This document shows, piece by piece, positions 1-7,553 of a stretch of 13,008 bases of DNA; within the stretch, counting starts at the first letter, position 1, and each line of letters begins with the position of its first letter. Under the pieces are notes generated by a model. The model ran no database searches and was not told the DNA's origin. It saw nothing but the letters and a program-made list of their open reading frames with translations. This DNA comes from a candidate division FCPU426 bacterium (GTDB taxonomy: Bacteria; Oederibacteriota; JAAXVQ01; JAUVAV01). Where the stretch lies: assembly GCA_030637655.1 (NCBI GenBank), contig DAOWGI010000096.1, forward strand, positions 1 through 13,008. The letters are read 5' to 3'. The translations under genes and the position numbers were made by a program.

Positions 1-152
1 CAAGGTTCGCCCCTACAGATTCATTTTTATCTTACCAGGCGGACACAGGGGTCCGCCCCTACGGATTCATTTTTATCTTACGGGCGAACACAAGGTTCGC
101 CCCTACAGATTCATTTTTATCTTACCAGGCGGACACAGGGGTCCGCCCCTAC
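1..152. repeat. Tandem array of GTAG-family REP hairpins (BIME-like); two alternating variants with a 90-bp period; truncated at window start
   Basis: 1-62 is identical to 91-152. Variant A: GGGCGAAC-acaag-GTTCGCCC-CTAC (82-106; partial at 1-16). Variant B: GGCGGAC-acaggg-GTCCGCC-CCTAC (38-62, 128-152). Near-identical linker (a/g)gattcatttttatcttac at 17-35, 63-81 and 107-125. CTAC reads GTAG on the minus strand. Confidence 0.9.
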
Positions 153-170
153 ATTTATAACCATTTTCTT

Positions 171-198
171 CTCTGCGTCCTCTGCGACTCAGCGGTGA
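171..198. repeat. Short tandem CTCTGCG-type repeat just downstream of the ogt stop
   Basis: CTCTGCGtc-CTCTGCGa-CTCaGCGgtga: three imperfect 8-9 nt units. Confidence 0.55.
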
Positions 199-201
199 AT
201 A

Positions 202-720
202 TTACGCCAAGATCGTGCCTTCCAACCTCAGCAACTTACTCTTCATTTCCGTTCCGCCGCCGAAGCCGCCCAATTTTCCCCGCACGGCAATAATCCGATG
301 GCAGGGCACGAGCAATGGGATGGGATTGGCATTCAAGGCCTGACCCACAGCCCGGCGCGAATCCGGATCACCGATTTTTTCCGCTATCCAGCCATAGGTC
401 TGTTTGCTGCCAAACGAAATGGTCCGTGCTACACACCAAACCTGGCGTTGGAATACAGTGGCAATGTTATAATCCAGTTTATAACTAAACTCCACCAACT
501 GACCGTTGAAATAATTTTTAAGCTGCCCGGCTAATTTCTTGAGAATTAAGTCCTTGTTGTCCGGCACGAGTTTCTCATCCCGCACTTTATTGCAAAGCAC
601 ATTAAACGCCTCTTCTTTACTCGGCTGCGGCAAAATCAGATGACGTATTCCCTGCTTGCTGATCGCCGCAGCCACATGTCCCCACGCGGTGGGCATAATA
701 TTGAATCGTAATTTTTCCAT
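202..720 (-). CDS. ogt: Methylated-DNA--protein-cysteine S-methyltransferase (O6-alkylguanine DNA alkyltransferase)
   Basis: Active-site PCHR (295-306), RAVGQALNANPIP HTH motif, TVFQRQVW, GKLGGFGGG and K..LL.LEG C-terminus. SD-like AAGGTG upstream of ATG. Confidence 0.95.
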   Translation of the reverse strand: MEKLRFNIMPTAWGHVAAAISKQGIRHLILPQPSKEEAFNVLCNKVRDEKLVPDNKDLILKKLAGQLKNYFNGQLVEFSYKLDYNIATVFQRQVWCVARTISFGSKQTYGWIAEKIGDPDSRRAVGQALNANPIPLLVPCHRIIAVRGKLGGFGGGTEMKSKLLRLEGTILA

Positions 721-735
721 AAATACACCTTACTG

Positions 736-763
736 GTAGGGAACGGTCGCGACCGTTCCCTAC
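736..763. repeat. 28-bp perfect GTAG...CTAC REP palindrome
   Basis: GTAGGGAACGGTCG|CGACCGTTCCCTAC between the murJ stop and the ogt RBS. Confidence 0.9.
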
Positions 764-766
764 ATA

Positions 767-2377
767 CTATTCAATCCATGGTTCTGTGGAACCTGCCAGA
801 CCTACTTTGGTTTTTACCAATTTCCAGACCCGTTTTTGTTCCGGCACTTTAAAGAACCAGGCAAAAGCCACATAGGCAAAAATTCCGAAAATAATCAAGC
901 CAAATACTTTCAACGCCAATTCCCAGCGCACCATGCCTGCCCCGCCGGCCGGCATCCAACCCCGGCTTCCTTGCCAGATAAGAAATCCCATACCCAATCC
1001 AGCTAAACACACCCGCCAAAAAGAATTCAAAATCCGTTTGCCGTCCAAGCGCCCGACCCGCTTGCGTAAGCGAACAATCAGGAAACTGAGATTCACCACT
1101 GCTGCCAACGAGGTAGCCAGTGCCAAGCCACGATAGCCCATGGGGTTCATCAGCAACAGATTCAAGGAAATATTTACCAGCACTGCCGCCACAGCGGCCA
1201 TTACGGGTGTCTTGGCATCATTGAGAGCGTAGAATGTGGGCGCCACCACTTTCACACCGGCAAATGCCACCAATCCAAGAGTATAAAATATCGAGGCTTG
1301 CGCGACCGCGCTTATAGCTGCCGGATCAAAACGACCGTATTCAAACAACAAGCGATTGATCGGTTCTGCCAACACAATAATTCCTACAGCTGCCGGAACG
1401 ATGATCAGCAACAACAAACGCAGACCAAAGGAGAGTGTCTCGATAAATTTATCGTGCTCACCCACAGCCAGATGTTTGGATGTAACCGGCAAGAGTGCGG
1501 TGGCAATGGCTACTCCAAAAACGCCCAAGGGTAATTGCATAATACGATTGCCATAATATAAATAGGTCACTGATCCTTCCGGCAAAAACGAGGCAATCAA
1601 GGTATTAATAAAAAGGTTAATCTGGGTTACTGACAATCCAACAATGGCCGGTAACATCAAGGTAACAATCCGGCGCAAACCGGGATCTTTCCAATTGATA
1701 ATCGGTTTCCAACGAAATCCCTGTCTCATAACTGCAGGAATTTGAATTGCCATTTGCATGAAACCACCGGCCAAAGCACCCCACGCCCAACCAACGACCT
1801 GTTTTTCCGGTTCTTCACCAAACAATGGGCAAAGAAAGAGACCAACAGCAATCATAGTCAGATTCAGCATGACCGGCGCGAACGCCGGAAACCCGAATCG
1901 CTCACGTGAATTCAGAATACCCATCAATACTGCAGCCAGGGAAATAAAGGATATAAACGGCAATAAGATACGGGTCAAATGCGTGGTTAATGCCAACTTT
2001 TCCGGAATGGCGGCAAAACCAGGGACAATGACGCGGACAATATAAGGGGCACCCAGTTCTCCCAAGAGAACAACAGCCAGCATAATTAAAACAACCGCAT
2101 TGATTACCACTGAGGCCAATTGCCAAGCCCGGGCATTGCCTTCCTGAACCGCAGTCTTGGTAAAGGTCGGTATAAAGGCAGATGAGAGTGCGCCTTCGGC
2201 AAAGAGATCGCGTAAGAGATTAGGGATACGAAAAGCAGCCAAATAGGCATCATTGGCCAAACCAGCACCTAAAATGGCACCGCCCAAACCATCCCGGATA
2301 TATCCGAAAATTCGGGAAATCATGGTAAATCCTGAAATCACGCCAACTGTTTTTGCTACCTGTTTATTACGCGCCAT
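767..2377 (-). CDS. murJ: Lipid II flippase MurJ (MviN)
   Basis: SRIFGYIRD, AAFRIPNLLRDLFAEGALSSAFIP, RIMQLPLGVFGVAIAT, FYALNDAKTP and GLALATS motifs; about 14 hydrophobic segments; 536 aa. Confidence 0.97.
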   Translation of the reverse strand: MARNKQVAKTVGVISGFTMISRIFGYIRDGLGGAILGAGLANDAYLAAFRIPNLLRDLFAEGALSSAFIPTFTKTAVQEGNARAWQLASVVINAVVLIMLAVVLLGELGAPYIVRVIVPGFAAIPEKLALTTHLTRILLPFISFISLAAVLMGILNSRERFGFPAFAPVMLNLTMIAVGLFLCPLFGEEPEKQVVGWAWGALAGGFMQMAIQIPAVMRQGFRWKPIINWKDPGLRRIVTLMLPAIVGLSVTQINLFINTLIASFLPEGSVTYLYYGNRIMQLPLGVFGVAIATALLPVTSKHLAVGEHDKFIETLSFGLRLLLLIIVPAAVGIIVLAEPINRLLFEYGRFDPAAISAVAQASIFYTLGLVAFAGVKVVAPTFYALNDAKTPVMAAVAAVLVNISLNLLLMNPMGYRGLALATSLAAVVNLSFLIVRLRKRVGRLDGKRILNSFWRVCLAGLGMGFLIWQGSRGWMPAGGAGMVRWELALKVFGLIIFGIFAYVAFAWFFKVPEQKRVWKLVKTKVGLAGSTEPWIE

Positions 2378-2391
2378 AGAACATCTTTCCC

Positions 2392-2418
2392 GTAGGGGCT
2401 GCCAATAGGCGTCCCTTC
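2392..2418. repeat. Degenerate GTAG REP (27 bp)
   Basis: GTAGGGGCTGCC-aata-GGCGTCCCTTC. Preceded by TCTTTCC(C/G), the same flank as the REP at 2438. Confidence 0.6.
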
Positions 2419-2437
2419 TTTTTCAATACTCTTTCCG

Positions 2438-2495
2438 GTAGGGGCACGGCATCCGACGTCGCTAAAGTGATGTCGGACAAGCATCGTGCCCCTAC
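2438..2495. repeat. GTAG REP interrupted by a 30-nt second hairpin repeat
   Basis: Outer arms GTAGGGGCACG (2438-2448) and CGTGCCCCTAC (2485-2495). Inner stem TCCGACGTCGC-taaa-GTGATGTCGGA (2452-2477) followed by CAAG. Confidence 0.85.
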
Positions 2496-2521
2496 ATTAA
2501 TTATTAAAATAATATCCCAGA

Positions 2522-2550
2522 AATATACCGCAAAGTTCTCCAATGCGCAA
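2522..2550 (-). promoter_or_regulatory. Putative sigma70 promoter for murJ-ogt
   Basis: Minus strand TTGCGC (2550-2545), 17 bp, TATATT (2527-2522). Confidence 0.5.
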
Positions 2551-2563
2551 AGAAAATATATAT

Positions 2564-2591
2564 GTAGGGGCGTATTGCAATACGCCCCTAC
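2564..2591. repeat. 28-bp perfect GTAG...CTAC REP palindrome
   Basis: GTAGGGGCGTATTG|CAATACGCCCCTAC, between the divergent murJ and rpsT promoters. Confidence 0.9.
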
Positions 2592-2608
2592 AATACACTA
2601 TCTTTTTG

Positions 2609-2637
2609 TTGACATTATTTGCCTAAAATGATAAATT
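2609..2637 (+). promoter_or_regulatory. sigma70 promoter of rpsT with extended -10
   Basis: TTGACA (2609-2614), 17 bp, TAAATT (2632-2637) with TG at 2629-2630. SD GAGGAGGGG at 2688-2696. Confidence 0.8.
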
Positions 2638-2705
2638 AGCCCGGTTTTAAAACCGCAATTTCCCGGAGTTTTCCGGATTGTATCTACGAGGAGGGGCAGC
2701 TTTCT

Positions 2706-2954
2706 ATGCCGAGGATTAAATCATCTGTAAAAGACGTACGTAAAAATCAAAAACAGCGCGCGATCAATCGTGCTAATATGTCTACTTTAAAGACCGCGTT
2801 GCGTAAAGCACGGAATAGTTCAAGCGAAGACAAACCCACAACCACAAAAACAGCTATTAAAACTATTGATAAAGCAGTACAAAACAAATTAATTCCTAAA
2901 AATACGGGAGCACGATACAAATCCCGTCTGACTAGAATTAAAAAAACGGCCTAA
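2706..2954 (+). CDS. rpsT: 30S ribosomal protein S20
   Basis: 82 aa, basic. MPRIKSSVK..R.N, S.LKTA, IDKAV...IPKNTGARYKSRL signature. Strong SD and promoter. Confidence 0.97.
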   Translation: MPRIKSSVKDVRKNQKQRAINRANMSTLKTALRKARNSSSEDKPTTTKTAIKTIDKAVQNKLIPKNTGARYKSRLTRIKKTA

Positions 2955-2991
2955 TTATTAATTCGTATTTTAAATTTGGTAACAATCGTAT

Positions 2992-3019
2992 GTAGGGGTT
3001 CGAAATTTTGAACCCCTAC
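2992..3019. repeat. 28-bp GTAG REP palindrome between convergent rpsT and holA; may act as a terminator or 3' stabiliser
   Basis: GTAGGGGTTCGAAA|TTTTGAACCCCTAC (one G-T pair), followed by GTTTATTT on the + strand. Confidence 0.88.
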
Positions 3020-3021
3020 GT

Positions 3022-4041
3022 TTATTTATAGGTGTATTGGCGGCATATTTTCAAAATAGTCATTTCTAAAAACATTTCCCAATGCGTTTTTCCAGTCTTC
3101 AAATGTACATCCAATTTGAGTAATTCCTGAAATATCTTTGCAAAAGCCTGTTTTGAATAGGTAGTAGCCTGTAATTGCATTTCACGGCGTGCCTGGGGAT
3201 TCCGAATGTTACCAACGATCTTATCCAGGTCCTCGCCACCATCCAAGCGTTTCCGAATACTATGTAGATTCCGAAAGTGCCAGGCTATCGCCCCCAGCAT
3301 CTGAATCGGACGAATTCCTTCATCTAAAACATGTTTCACCAAACGTACGGCCGCGCTGCCATCTGCCCGGCCCAAGGCCAGATTCAATTCATGCATAGTA
3401 TTTTGCCGGATGTGTCCGGCCGCAGCCCTGATATCCGCTGCCTCTATCATGGGCTTTTGACCGATATAATTTACAAGTTTATTGATCTCATTATCAATAT
3501 CCGCCAGAGTCTGACCAACGCGTTCAATTAGCAATTGCACTGCCTCGCGGGCAATACGCTTGCCATGTTCACCCACCCGGCGTTCCACCCAAGCCGGCAC
3601 TTGATTATCAAACAAAGGATAGCATTCCACATGATACGTGAGATTGGCAAAATTTTTCCAATTGGTCTGTTTTAGACGTTCTTCCTGAGAAGATATAATC
3701 AATACAGTAGTGGGCGCAGGATCTTTAAGATAAGTATCCAAGACATTCAAATCTCCGGCACGCCACTTCTCCGCTTGTCGAACCAGTATCACGCGGCGTT
3801 TTGCTATAAACGGCAGGGTCATGGCTCGTTCTTTTACCTCTTGCCCGGAGACATCCGTTCCTGCATACAAACTTTCAAAATTCATACTTCGTTCAGCCGG
3901 GGGAAGTACTTTATCAATAATGGTTTGTATTCCCTCTTCTTTAAGAAACGTTTCCGCTCCAGTAAAAAAGTAGACCGGTTTTACACTCCCGGAATCCAGG
4001 CTCCGTCTGAACTCTGTATAATATATTCTTTTTTTCGGCAC
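3022..4041 (-). CDS. holA: DNA polymerase III delta subunit
   Basis: KPVYFFTGAE.FL, TLPFIAKRRVILV, LIERVG..L..I.NEINKL and LL.LD..LKTG motifs. The GTG start directly abuts the lptE TAG. Canonical leuS-lptE-holA synteny. Confidence 0.93.
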   Translation of the reverse strand: MPKKRIYYTEFRRSLDSGSVKPVYFFTGAETFLKEEGIQTIIDKVLPPAERSMNFESLYAGTDVSGQEVKERAMTLPFIAKRRVILVRQAEKWRAGDLNVLDTYLKDPAPTTVLIISSQEERLKQTNWKNFANLTYHVECYPLFDNQVPAWVERRVGEHGKRIAREAVQLLIERVGQTLADIDNEINKLVNYIGQKPMIEAADIRAAAGHIRQNTMHELNLALGRADGSAAVRLVKHVLDEGIRPIQMLGAIAWHFRNLHSIRKRLDGGEDLDKIVGNIRNPQARREMQLQATTYSKQAFAKIFQELLKLDVHLKTGKTHWEMFLEMTILKICRQYTYK

Positions 4042-4569
4042 CTAGAACCCCTCTATGACTTTGGAAATAATACGTTGTGAAAGTTGTTTGACCAGGCGTC
4101 TCCTGGCAGTCGGTTCATCTTCCGGAGTAATCCCCAGATTGTTGGCCACATAGTAAGTAGTACTCTCTTCAAAGGCATCCTCTGTCCAGAGACTCCGGCC
4201 GGCTTTGGTGTCCTTTAATGAGAGCCGCAAAATCAGCCGCATTTTATACTGTTGGGGTGTATTGTGCACATCCAACAAGAGTGGCTCGAGCAAATATTGG
4301 ACTATGATTCCTTCCAGAATGGCATTGGCTTTATCAGTATCCGTCAGTTCCATACGGCCATCCACCAGAAAATCCTGATTGACTTGTTGGGTCAATTCGT
4401 TCTCGATCTCAGGTTGGGCCGTGCGATTTTGAAAGACAGGTACGGATAACTTACTCATATAATCCGGTAATCCCGGCCGCACAGCCACATCCGAGCATCC
4501 TGTTAAAAAATAACCGACTGCCATCATGCTTGCCAGCATTACTATTCCTATTCTTTTCTTTACCGCCAT
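4042..4569 (-). CDS. lptE: LptE-family LPS-assembly lipoprotein
   Basis: Signal peptide MAVKKR plus hydrophobic stretch plus lipobox LTG-C; VPVFQNRT..P.IE..LT and A.AILEG.I motifs; lies between leuS and holA. ATG 4569 (SD GGGGTG) preferred over 4596. Confidence 0.85.
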   Translation of the reverse strand: MAVKKRIGIVMLASMMAVGYFLTGCSDVAVRPGLPDYMSKLSVPVFQNRTAQPEIENELTQQVNQDFLVDGRMELTDTDKANAILEGIIVQYLLEPLLLDVHNTPQQYKMRLILRLSLKDTKAGRSLWTEDAFEESTTYYVANNLGITPEDEPTARRRLVKQLSQRIISKVIEGF

Positions 4570-4601
4570 AATCAACACCCCCGTTTTTTTATTCATGTCA
4601 C

Positions 4602-4646
4602 GTAGAGACGCGATTAATCGCGTCTCTACAATTGCGCGTCTCTACA
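4602..4646. repeat. 28-bp perfect GTAG REP (4602-4629) followed by an extra half-REP
   Basis: GTAGAGACGCGATT|AATCGCGTCTCTAC. CGCGTCTCTACA occurs at 4619-4630 and again at 4635-4646. Confidence 0.9.
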
Positions 4647-4653
4647 GCCTGCA

Positions 4654-7137
4654 TTAAAACACAATATTCACTAATTTATTCGGTATCACAATTACTTTTT
4701 TTGGTTTTCGACCTTCTGCCAAATTCCGCACCCTGTCATCGGCCAAGGCTTTCGCCTCAACTTTTTGTTTATCCATATCCGGAGTGGTCTCCAACCGGCT
4801 CCGTACTTTCCCATTCACTTGAATCACAATGGTTACTTTTTCTTCTGCTGCGCCGGCAGCATCACATTTCGGCCATCCGGCTGCAAAGATGGTTCCAGTA
4901 TGACCCATTTGTTGCCACAATTCTTCAGCCAAATGCGGAAAAAACGGAGCACACAATTTGGCAAAGTTCAGACAGACTTCTTTCATCACAGACATTCGTC
5001 CGGCAGCCTCCTCGGGCGAGGGTTCTTTCACGGTGTTGAGGTCATTCATCAATTCCATCATCGCGGCAATGGCAGTATTGAATTTAAAATCATTTTCCAG
5101 ATCAACAGTAATCCGTTGGATGGTCTGATGCAGTTTGCGCCGAATCTCACGGTCTTTTTCAGGCAAGCCGTCCGGTATCTTATTTGGAGTATTTGTCAAG
5201 AGTGGAATCCAGCGTTCGTAGAGGAGCCAAACCCGGCGCAAGAAACGGAAGATTCCTTCCACCCCCTGATCGCTCCACTCAAGTTCGCGTTCCGGCGGCG
5301 CGGCAAATAAAATAAAACCCCGGGTAGTATCAATGCCATAATTTTCTACCATATAATCAGCAGATACTGTATTGCCCTTGGATTTGGACATGACCTGACC
5401 GTCTTTTAAGACCATGCCTTGGGTAAAGAGCGCTTTAAACGGTTCATCAAACTCAAGCAAACCTTGATCATGCAATACTTTGGTGAAAAAACGCGAATAC
5501 AACAGATGCAAAATAGCGTGTTCAATACCGCCAATGTACTGATCCACAGGCATCCAGTATTTAACGGCTTCCGGATTAAAGGCATGCTCTTGATCGCGAG
5601 GCGAAGCATAGCGGAGATAATACCAGGAAGAATCAATAAAGGTATCCATGGTATCCGTCTCGCGGCGAGCCTTTTTCCCGCACTTGGGGCAGGTGGTTTC
5701 CGCAAAATCCCGGGCTGATTCCAGCATACCGGAAGGCTGATACGGTATATCCAAAGGCAAGGTAACCGGCAGCTCCTTTTCCGGAACCGGGAGAATACCA
5801 CAGTCATCACAATATATCATTGGAATCGGGCAGCCCCAATACCGTTGCCGGGAAATCAACCAATCCCGCAAGCGATAATTGATCACCTTTTTACCAATCC
5901 CCTCTTGTTCCATCCAGGCGGCAATTTTTTGCATGGCCTCGCGGTTTTTCATACCATCAAACTGACCGCTGTTCACCTGCACCCCATCTTCCACATAGGC
6001 TTCAGTCATCCGGTTGGCAGCCAGGATTTGTCCTTCGGGTTGAATAACCACTTTGATGGGCAAATTGTGATTCTTGGCAAATTCAAAATCCCGCTGGTCA
6101 TGCGCCGGCACAGCCATGATAGCTCCGGTCCCGTATTCCATCAGAACATAATCCGCCGCATACAACGGCACCTTTTCACCATTGACCGGATTAACCAGAC
6201 GCAGTCCGGTATCAATACCCTCTTTAGGTTTTTCCGTGGAAGCGCGCTCAATCTCGGACAACATTTTCACTTTTTCAGCAAAAGCTTTCACTTTAGCTGC
6301 TTCCGGTTTACCGGCCAACAATTCCTTAAGCAAAGGGTGCTCAGGCGCAATGGACATATATGTAATACCGAAAACCGTATCAATACGCGTGGTAAAGACT
6401 GAAAGTTCTTGGTCTGTGTTGTCAATTTTCAGTTTAAACTCAATACCTTCCGAGCGTCCGATCCAATTTGCTTGCATAGTTTTCACGCGTTCGGGCCATT
6501 GTTTGAGTTTGTCCAAATCCTGCAACAAACGTTCCGCATAATCCGTGATTTTTAAATACCATTGGTCCAATTCTTTTTTAACTACCAATTCTTTGCAGCG
6601 CCAGCAAGCACCCTCAATTACCTGTTCATTGGCCAGCACAGTATGACAGGTTTCGCACCAATTCACCGGATGCTTTTTTTTATACGCCAGACCGCGTTCG
6701 TAAAATTTCAGAAAAATCCACTGAGTCCAGCGATAATATTCCTCATCACAGGTAGCCAGTTCACGATTCCAATCATAAAGAATATCCAAAGCCAGGAGTT
6801 GTTTGGTCATCACACCTATGTTAGTACGGGTATATTCATTAGGATGAATGTTGTTTTTAATCGCCGCGTTTTCCGCCGGCAAGCCAAAGGCATCCCAGCC
6901 CATGGGACTTAACACATTGAATCCCTGCATCTTTTTGTAGCGTACGATTACATCACCAATAGTATAGTTCCGCACATGTCCCATGTGCAGATTCGATCCG
7001 GATGGGTACGGAAACATGACCAGGCAATAATATTTAGGTTTGTCGGAATCCTCTGTCACACGAGCCGGCTTTTTCTGCTGCCAAATGGCATGCCATTTTT
7101 CCTCAATGGATTGAAAGGGATATTGTTGTTCTTCCAC
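4654..7137 (-). CDS. leuS: Leucine--tRNA ligase (827 aa from GTG 7137)
   Basis: MFPYPSG, HMGH (HIGH), [34 protein letters not shown] editing domain, [11 protein letters not shown] and MSKSKGN. The true start is likely GTG at 7137 with GGAGG at 7148-7144. The ORF-track ATG at 7203 lies inside a REP. Confidence 0.98.
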   Translation of the reverse strand: MEEQQYPFQSIEEKWHAIWQQKKPARVTEDSDKPKYYCLVMFPYPSGSNLHMGHVRNYTIGDVIVRYKKMQGFNVLSPMGWDAFGLPAENAAIKNNIHPNEYTRTNIGVMTKQLLALDILYDWNRELATCDEEYYRWTQWIFLKFYERGLAYKKKHPVNWCETCHTVLANEQVIEGACWRCKELVVKKELDQWYLKITDYAERLLQDLDKLKQWPERVKTMQANWIGRSEGIEFKLKIDNTDQELSVFTTRIDTVFGITYMSIAPEHPLLKELLAGKPEAAKVKAFAEKVKMLSEIERASTEKPKEGIDTGLRLVNPVNGEKVPLYAADYVLMEYGTGAIMAVPAHDQRDFEFAKNHNLPIKVVIQPEGQILAANRMTEAYVEDGVQVNSGQFDGMKNREAMQKIAAWMEQEGIGKKVINYRLRDWLISRQRYWGCPIPMIYCDDCGILPVPEKELPVTLPLDIPYQPSGMLESARDFAETTCPKCGKKARRETDTMDTFIDSSWYYLRYASPRDQEHAFNPEAVKYWMPVDQYIGGIEHAILHLLYSRFFTKVLHDQGLLEFDEPFKALFTQGMVLKDGQVMSKSKGNTVSADYMVENYGIDTTRGFILFAAPPERELEWSDQGVEGIFRFLRRVWLLYERWIPLLTNTPNKIPDGLPEKDREIRRKLHQTIQRITVDLENDFKFNTAIAAMMELMNDLNTVKEPSPEEAAGRMSVMKEVCLNFAKLCAPFFPHLAEELWQQMGHTGTIFAAGWPKCDAAGAAEEKVTIVIQVNGKVRSRLETTPDMDKQKVEAKALADDRVRNLAEGRKPKKVIVIPNKLVNIVF

Positions 7138-7182
7138 TAATTGCCTCCAAAAACAGCATATATTCCTGCATGATTTCAACCT

Positions 7183-7210
7183 GTAGGGAATGGTCGCGAC
7201 CATCCCCTAC
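7183..7210. repeat. 28-bp GTAG REP in the leuS 5' leader
   Basis: GTAGGGAATGGTCG|CGACCATCCCCTAC (one mismatch). The stem extends to 7179-7214 (ACCT...AGGT). Confidence 0.9.
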
Positions 7211-7262
7211 AGGTATTATGTCCATTATGCAATATCTGCATTTTTCCATATAAATTGGGTGG

Positions 7263-7292
7263 ATTATAGCACAGGCAAAAAGAAAGGGTCAA
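7263..7292 (-). promoter_or_regulatory. sigma70 promoter of leuS-lptE-holA
   Basis: Minus strand TTGACC (7292-7287), 18 bp, TATAAT (7268-7263) with extended -10 TGc. Confidence 0.8.
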
Positions 7293-7327
7293 ATGTATTT
7301 ACCGGTTGATTGTAACAGGGGCAGATT

Positions 7328-7503
7328 GTAACAGGTCAGTGAACTGCGGTTAAACAAAGGTTGTCATTCCCGAGGGTTTAATCGGCCCCGACCGGTAAAG
7401 ATATATAGGGACGCCTTCGGCAGGAATCTGGTTTTTTAAACCATATCCCCGATACAAGCATTCGGGGATGACAAACAAAAAAAACGCATGACTGACCTGT
7501 TAC
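7328..7503. mobile_element. Non-autonomous MITE with IS66-like ends (176 bp)
   Basis: Perfect 13-bp TIRs GTAACAGGTCAGT (7328-7340) and ACTGACCTGTTAC (7491-7503). The 8-bp right flank GGTTGATT (7504-7511) matches 7304-7311 exactly and 7320-7327 (GGCAGATT) at 6/8. No coding capacity. Confidence 0.7.
7361..7474. repeat. GTCATTCCCG...CGGGGATGAC inverted hairpin doublet (REPIN-like) inside the MITE
   Basis: TTGTCATTCCCGA (7361-7373) and TCGGGGATGACAA (7462-7474) are inverted with one mismatch. The right hairpin ATCCCCGA-9nt-TCGGGGAT (7445-7469) is intact. The left hairpin is split by a 38-nt insert (7386-7423). Confidence 0.75.
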
Positions 7504-7553
7504 GGTTGATTGTAGCCTGAATATCATTCCCAGATTATCGTGCTAGGATCGAT

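Noticed and set aside
1-152. CRISPR array
   Set aside because: The intervening segments are near-identical rather than unique spacers, the repeats alternate between two REP variants, and no cas genes are in view.
5380-5394. LeuRS KMSKS motif reads VMSKS
   Set aside because: The first position varies among class I synthetases and the catalytic second Lys is retained.
7138-7203. 22-aa N-terminal extension of LeuS from the ORF track
   Set aside because: The ATG lies inside the REP and lacks an SD. GTG 7137 has GGAGG and begins LeuS-like sequence ([14 protein letters not shown]).
736-7210. Palindromes as integron attC sites or simple intrinsic terminators
   Set aside because: They lack RYYYAAC/GTTRRRY ends and extrahelical bases, and they flank core genes. 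Most lack U-tracts, and some lie in leaders or between divergent promoters.
7138-7520. T-box riboswitch or ncRNA upstream of leuS
   Set aside because: No T-box bulge (UGGNACC) or specifier stem was seen. A strong promoter lies only about 125 nt from the start, and the structure is explained by the REP and MITE.
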